Shown in pieces: positions 58,970 through 64,000 of a DNA stretch of 64,000 bases. The notes beneath the pieces are model-generated. The model was given only the letters and a program-made list of their open reading frames with translations. It made no database searches and was not told the origin of the DNA. The DNA is from Candidatus Poribacteria bacterium (lineage in GTDB: Bacteria; Poribacteria; WGA-4E; PCPOR2b). Position 1 is the first letter of the stretch; every line of letters begins with the position of its first letter. The stretch spans positions 3,360,001 to 3,424,000 of the forward strand of contig OZ244587.1 of NCBI GenBank assembly GCA_965218095.1. Direction: 5' to 3'. The position numbers were made by a program, and so were the translations under genes.

Positions 58970-60993
58970 GAATACAAGGCTATTCTTACAAACAGGTTGT
59001 TGTCGAAGATGTGAAAACCCGCCTTTATCCACATCAAGCTGCCATGTACAACGAGTGGCCCAACCACACCGGATTTCTACTCGTGACAAAAACGGGAAGT
59101 GGCAAAACACGGGCGACAGCGTTACCCGTACTGAAAAATCACGAATCTGCTGTTTTCGCCTACCCGACAAACGCGCTGATTCAAGACCAATCGCGGGCGA
59201 TTCAGCAATTGATGGACGATGAATATATCGCCTACCGAGAATTGACACCGCAGAATGCAACCGACAAGTTTGGTAAAGAAGAATATCAACTTGTCCAAAT
59301 TAACGCGCAGACGCTGGTAGATTTTGCAAAGGCGTGGGGAATGGGTGAAAAGCAAAAAGGGGCTGCACTTATAAGGCTAATTCAACAGGACAAGCAAAAA
59401 ATTGTATTGATTAACCCCGACATTCTTTATCTTCTGTACTCGTTGCGCTACCGTGGCAGCCAAGAGGCTTTATCATATTTGCAAGCATACAAGACAATTG
59501 TATTTGACGAGTTTCATCTCTACAACGGCGTTGAATTAGCCCACGCGCTTTTCCTTATCTTTTTGGCACAACGTATGGGGGCGTTTCAACGAGTTGTGTT
59601 GCTCTCTGCCACTCCGAATGAAGATGTCAAAACCTATCTTGATCGACTGCTCAACCCGCTTGTCATTGATGCGGATGTAAAAGTTCCGCAGCCCGTTTGT
59701 GGCAAGCGAGCGGTCGCATATGATGTAGAGCTCAATGCTTTGCCTTTGCCCGTTACTAAGGATGTCGTCGAAACGGCACAATCGAAGATCCTTGAACTTC
59801 AGAGCGAATTATACCGACTCCAAACAGAAAACTGGGAAGCGAACAAAGCGGGAGATTATGTGCCTTGTGTTGTTATCCTCAATTCGGTCGTCAATGCCAT
59901 CGCACTGGAGGATACCCTTGTTGAAGCGGGGATATCCCGCACAGAAATCGCACCGATTCGCGGGCTTTCAGCGCGGAGTAGTCGAGACGTGAGAGGCAAA
60001 ACGCTTGTCATCGGCACAGCGGCAATCGAAGTCGGAATTGATTTCAAAACCGATTATCTGATTTTCGAGGCGGGCAATCAAGCGTCGTTCATGCAGCGAT
60101 TTGGACGGCTTGGGAGGCATAGTGCCGGACAGGCATTCCTACTCGCTGACCCGCGTGAATATCAAGCGGTCAAATCTCTTGGGGATGACATCTCCCGCGA
60201 TGATCTAGAGCAGGGCATCAAAACTATCTATCCCGGACAGGATGCGAAAGAGTGGTTTGTTGATACGCAGTGTGGTGCGTTTACGGTGCTCGCCCAAGCT
60301 GAGAACTTCCGCAGTCGAATTATCGACGATTGGCCTGCTGATGAATCAATGAAAACTGAACTTGAGGCGTGGCTAGACGCCGCTTTGACAGACTATGCAA
60401 CACATATGAATCTATCTCAGATGAAACGTGCTCGATTGAAACTTCGACGCAAGCCAACGTGGTTTGAGCATTACAAAGCGTTGGACTCATTTCGCACATC
60501 GTTACCGAGTCAGGAGGTTTGGGATGTTCGGGAAAAAGAGAACGAGCGCGATTGGTCTTACGATGCCGACGTCAAGATGTTGCTCACTCGTGCCGAGCGG
60601 TTGTGGTATAATGAAAGACATGACCGGCTCTACGTCAAAGGCTACGGAAAGTATCGCCAAGTCTGGTTTGCCAAAACCTTCGACGATGAACGTGAAGATG
60701 ACTGTTGTGGCATACTTCGCACAACTGCCGATTATTCAAGGGAAGATATGCAGTTCATGCAGGAAGGTCATTTGACATCAGTTTCGCATGTGATGGCAAA
60801 ACAGAAATACAAAGAGCGTGTTACCGGCCATGTATTTGTTCTCGCACCCATAGATTTAATCCCAAAATTGGACTGGCGACTGGCGTGGTTTAGATGCGGA
60901 TCGCGTGGGAAATACATCATTGCATTTGATGGAGACGCCCTTCTACTGAAAGAAATCTATGATCGGGTACTGAAGGAAAGAAACAGAAAATGA
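58966..60993 (+). CDS. cas3: Type I-D Cas3' helicase (no HD domain)
   Basis: TGSGKT, YPTNAL, DEFH, SAT, AIEVGIDF and QRFGRLGRH motifs. Confidence 0.92.
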   Translation: MRIQGYSYKQVVVEDVKTRLYPHQAAMYNEWPNHTGFLLVTKTGSGKTRATALPVLKNHESAVFAYPTNALIQDQSRAIQQLMDDEYIAYRELTPQNATDKFGKEEYQLVQINAQTLVDFAKAWGMGEKQKGAALIRLIQQDKQKIVLINPDILYLLYSLRYRGSQEALSYLQAYKTIVFDEFHLYNGVELAHALFLIFLAQRMGAFQRVVLLSATPNEDVKTYLDRLLNPLVIDADVKVPQPVCGKRAVAYDVELNALPLPVTKDVVETAQSKILELQSELYRLQTENWEANKAGDYVPCVVILNSVVNAIALEDTLVEAGISRTEIAPIRGLSARSSRDVRGKTLVIGTAAIEVGIDFKTDYLIFEAGNQASFMQRFGRLGRHSAGQAFLLADPREYQAVKSLGDDISRDDLEQGIKTIYPGQDAKEWFVDTQCGAFTVLAQAENFRSRIIDDWPADESMKTELEAWLDAALTDYATHMNLSQMKRARLKLRRKPTWFEHYKALDSFRTSLPSQEVWDVREKENERDWSYDADVKMLLTRAERLWYNERHDRLYVKGYGKYRQVWFAKTFDDEREDDCCGILRTTADYSREDMQFMQEGHLTSVSHVMAKQKYKERVTGHVFVLAPIDLIPKLDWRLAWFRCGSRGKYIIAFDGDALLLKEIYDRVLKERNRK

Positions 60994-61086
60994 ACCCAGC
61001 AAACAAAATTCAGTTACTCCATCAAAGCCGCTCCAATCGTCAAAAACTTTACACACCTGTGCGACACATGCGAAAGGCCAATCCCT

Positions 61087-62175
61087 ATGCAATCACTCAT
61101 CGTTGATGATTTTGGCGCATACCTCGGCAAACGCTCCGAGCGCGTCAGCGTCCGATACCGAGACAAAGAACGAGAAAAAGAAGAACACGCCCTCATGGAC
61201 CTCGACCACATCGTCATCGCCTCGCGGGGTGTCAGTATGTCCTCAGACCTCATCGAAGCGTGTACCGAGCGCGGCATCGAAATCTCGTTTCTCAGTTTCA
61301 ACGGCAAACCGTATGCGAAACTCAACAGCCCGTCACTGACAGCGACCGTAATTTCAAGACGCGAACAACTCGCCGCATATAACGATGAACGCGGCGTCGA
61401 GATTACCAAACGGTTCGCCACAGGCAAGTTACGGAATCAGATTAACCTCGTCCGCTATTTCGGCAAATACCGCAAGAAACGTGCGCCGAAGAAGTACGCG
61501 GAGCTAGTCGAGCGGCTCACAAAAATTGAGGTGATTATTGATGAACTCCAGTGCGTGGGGATGGGTGCAACCGATGCGCCGTCAATTGATGGTGCACGCG
61601 GCACGTTACTCAACCTCGAAGGACGCGCCGGCGCTCTCTATTGGGAATGCGTCCAACGGCTGCTGCCCGCCGGACGTTTCACAACCCGAAACCATCAAGG
61701 CGCGGTTGATGACGTGAACGCGCTGCTCAACTACGGCTACGGGATACTCTACTCACAGGTCTGGAGCGCACTCACGTTAGCTGGACTCGAACCATTTGCG
61801 GGGTTCCTACACGTTGACCGCCCCGGCAAACCATCGTTGGTGTTGGATTTTATCGAGGAGTTCCGTCAGCCGATCGTTGACCGGGTTGTGTTTGCAATGA
61901 TCAACAAGAGATTCAAGGTCGAGTGGGAAGCGCCGGATAGCGACGCCGCCAAAGCCGCGCGCCAGTCCGCAACGACCGAAATTCCGACACAGCGCCGTTT
62001 AAGCAGAGACACCCGACGCGCATTTGCCGACCGGCTACTGGCACGCCTTCAGGAGACCGAGCGATTCGAGCGAAAGGAACAGAAACTCTGCAACATTATC
62101 CAACTCCAAGCCCGCCATCTGGCGATGTTCCTGCGCCGTGAACGGGATTATCAGTCGTTGGTTGCCCGCTGGTAA
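61087..62175 (+). CDS. cas1: CRISPR-associated integrase Cas1
   Basis: EGRAGALYW, NALLNYGYGIL, GFLH and LVLDFIEEFR motifs. Confidence 0.95.
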   Translation: MQSLIVDDFGAYLGKRSERVSVRYRDKEREKEEHALMDLDHIVIASRGVSMSSDLIEACTERGIEISFLSFNGKPYAKLNSPSLTATVISRREQLAAYNDERGVEITKRFATGKLRNQINLVRYFGKYRKKRAPKKYAELVERLTKIEVIIDELQCVGMGATDAPSIDGARGTLLNLEGRAGALYWECVQRLLPAGRFTTRNHQGAVDDVNALLNYGYGILYSQVWSALTLAGLEPFAGFLHVDRPGKPSLVLDFIEEFRQPIVDRVVFAMINKRFKVEWEAPDSDAAKAARQSATTEIPTQRRLSRDTRRAFADRLLARLQETERFERKEQKLCNIIQLQARHLAMFLRRERDYQSLVARW

Positions 62176-62208
62176 GAAACCGAGTTTTTTCCTCAAAACT
62201 CGGTTTCT
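62175..62208. repeat. REP palindrome, left flank of RAYT
   Basis: AGAAACCGAGTTTT / AAAACTCGGTTTCT; overlaps the cas1 stop codon. Confidence 0.85.
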
Positions 62209-62221
62209 GGAGGCGTCACAG

Positions 62222-62788
62222 ATGCGAAACATCCAATTTAGAGCCGGATATTATTACCATTTATACAACCGTGGTGTGGATCGTCAACCCATCTTCTTCG
62301 ATGAGGAAAACTGGGGATACTTTATAAAACGTTTGCGTCATTACTGCATACCTGATCTGATTGAAATTGTCGCTTATTGTCTCATGCCGAATCATTACCA
62401 CATTCTCGCTTATCTGAAAGATGACAACCTGAGCACGAAAATCATGCAACCATTCACCGTGTCCTACACCAAAGCTGTGAATCGGCAACAAGACCGCGTG
62501 GGCCCAGTTTTCCAAGGCACCTTTAAGGCAAAGTTAGTAGACAAAAACGAGTATCTTCTACATCTTTCACGCTATCTTCACCTGAATCCAGTATTGGCGG
62601 GGATAGTTGGTAATCCTGCAAGCTGGACATTTTCTAGCTATCAGGACTACGTTGGCTTGCGTAACGGAACTTTATCCAAACCTGATATCGTACTGTCCCA
62701 GTTTCCTTCGCGCCAGGCTTATGCTAAATTTGTCCGTGCGTATTCTGAGACCGACAGGGAGTTAATTGAGCATTTGATGTTAGATTAG
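62222..62788 (+). mobile_element. REP-associated tyrosine transposase (RAYT, Y1 HUH)
   Basis: YYHLYNRG...IF, AYCLMPNHYH (HUH), G.VFQG.F, YLHLNPV and W.FSSY motifs; flanked by REPs. Confidence 0.88.
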
Positions 62789-62815
62789 AAAACAAAGAAA
62801 CCGGATAGGAGGCAA

Positions 62816-62849
62816 AGAAACCGAGTTTTCAAGAAAAAACTCGGTTTCT
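62816..62849. repeat. REP palindrome, right flank of RAYT
   Basis: AGAAACCGAGTTTTCAAGAAAAAACTCGGTTTCT, 7 nt before the cas2 ATG. Confidence 0.85.
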
Positions 62850-62856
62850 ACATACT

Positions 62857-63108
62857 ATGCACACCTACGTCATCTACGACATTGTCAAAGACCGCATCCG
62901 CAAAAAAATCGCGGATGTCTGCCTCGATTACGGCTTAAAACGCATCCAATACAGCGCGTTCCTAGGCGACATCAATACCACACGACAGCGGGCGTTAGAG
63001 GAGAAACTCACGGAACAACTCGGCAGAGCGGAAGGGAAGATCGAAATCCTCAGCGTGTGCGCGAAGGACTTCGACAAGCGAACCGTTATTGAGGAGGCTG
63101 GAGAATGA
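62857..63108 (+). CDS. cas2: CRISPR-associated Cas2
   Basis: VIYDI..DRIR and GLKRIQYSAF motifs. Confidence 0.95.
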   Translation: MHTYVIYDIVKDRIRKKIADVCLDYGLKRIQYSAFLGDINTTRQRALEEKLTEQLGRAEGKIEILSVCAKDFDKRTVIEEAGE

Positions 63109-63677
63109 ACATACGAGTCAGTGACATCAAGCAGTACTTCTACTGCCCAAGGGTGGTCTACCACACCTACTTGACACCCGTCCACCGGCCCGTCACGCAT
63201 CCGATGCAACTGGGCGCCGTCGAACACGAGGTGCTCAGTGTCTTGGAGCGGCGTCGAACCCTCTCCCGCTATGGGCTTGACGCTGGAAGCCGTAAATTCC
63301 ATCTCTCACTGCACGCCGAGTCTCTCGGATTGACAGGCGTACTCGACCTGCTGATTGAGACGGAAGATGGCGCGTTTCCGGTCGAGTTTAAGTCCACGAC
63401 TCAACGGCTGAACCTGAACGCGAAATACCAATTGACGGCGTATGCGATGCTGGTGGAGGCGTGTCTCGGTCATTCAGTTTCTCAAGGGTTTATCTATCGG
63501 ATTCCGACACAGCGCATCACAGCGGTTCCGATTTCAGAGACACTTCGTCGGAAGACCCACCACGCCATCGAGCAGATACGGGGTATGCTTTCAGACGAGC
63601 GGCTGCCATCGCCGACGCCACAGCGAGGAAAATGTGTCGAGTGCGAATTTCGTCGATTCTGTGGCGATGTGTTGTGA
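63105..63677 (+). CDS. cas4: CRISPR-associated Cas4
   Basis: QYFYCPR, G.LD, PVEFK, QLTAY and CVECEFRRFC motifs. Confidence 0.95.
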   Translation: MNIRVSDIKQYFYCPRVVYHTYLTPVHRPVTHPMQLGAVEHEVLSVLERRRTLSRYGLDAGSRKFHLSLHAESLGLTGVLDLLIETEDGAFPVEFKSTTQRLNLNAKYQLTAYAMLVEACLGHSVSQGFIYRIPTQRITAVPISETLRRKTHHAIEQIRGMLSDERLPSPTPQRGKCVECEFRRFCGDVL

Positions 63678-64000
63678 GCGTTTCGCAAATCGGTTTTCTG
63701 CGGAAAAGAGGGGGGGATTTGCGAAAGGCTTACAGCGGCATAAAATTCGGACGAACCGTTGATTGTCAGACCTTGACGCCCGGTAATTGACGCCTTCGAC
63801 ACAGCGTTCGAGTCACATTTCAGCACGAGATAGTCGCTATTTTCGATAGGCTGTCTCCGTATTTCATAAAGTTTATGTGTCGTTCCCCGGCAAACTGGCG
63901 ATTTGCGAACAACCGTACAAGAACCCGCCAAAACCTGACGCCGACTGAACACTTCACACATATACACTTTACCATTGACACGGCAACACGGATATGCCAT
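63678..64000 (+). promoter_or_regulatory. Probable CRISPR leader (array expected beyond the window)
   Basis: Non-coding region after cas4; inverted repeat TTTCGCAAATC / GATTTGCGAAA and a third copy at 63900. Confidence 0.6.

Noticed and set aside
62024-62221. Cas1-RAYT fusion or extended RAYT N-terminus
   Set aside because: The extension overlaps cas1 in a different frame and translates the REP. cas1 has its own stop, and RAYT has a GGAGG RBS before ATG 62222.
1-64000. CRISPR array or mini-array within the window
   Set aside because: No regularly spaced 25-40 bp direct repeats were seen by eye. The recurring palindromes are dispersed REP-like elements.
1-64000. tRNA or rRNA genes
   Set aside because: No cloverleaf or rRNA signatures were recognised in the intergenic regions by eye.

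Overview
Bacterial chromosomal window of moderate GC. The PhyH, Uma2, BNR-repeat genes and short-repeat families suggest a Candidatus Poribacteria-like organism, but this is an inference. (1) A long tetrapyrrole and cytochrome c maturation cluster: rex-hemB-hemL-polyprenyl synthase-sirC-like-ccsA/hemX-hemA-[HindIII-like R-M]-hemC-cobA/hemD-ccmE-F-H-...-ccmA-B-C-D. It is interrupted by accessory genes, pseudogenes and MITEs. (2) A decayed catabolic block: Gfo/Idh/MocA and GH42 pseudogenes, CocE hydrolase, Zn-ADH, an AMP-forming ligase and an IMPase/HisN. (3) A soxBDAG-like operon carrying an m4C-type methyltransferase and an eroded endonuclease-like remnant, followed by PhyH, EamA, a SAM-hydrolase-domain/sialidase fusion, DUF1028, hisD, a BMP protein and Spy/CpxP. 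(4) A rearranged type I-D CRISPR-Cas locus: cas6-WYL-cas10d-separate cas11d-like-cas7d-cas5d-cas3'-cas1-[RAYT]-cas2-cas4-leader. No CRISPR array is visible before the window ends. Most notable observations: a stand-alone, out-of-frame Cas11d-like gene with an extra helical module echoed inside Cas10d; a REP-flanked RAYT transposase between cas1 and cas2; MITEs inserted precisely into TATAAT -10 boxes; a cargo-carrying TIR element; and a selenoprotein-B relic with an in-frame TGA and a SECIS-like hairpin. Protein families were assigned by eye from motifs, without database searches.
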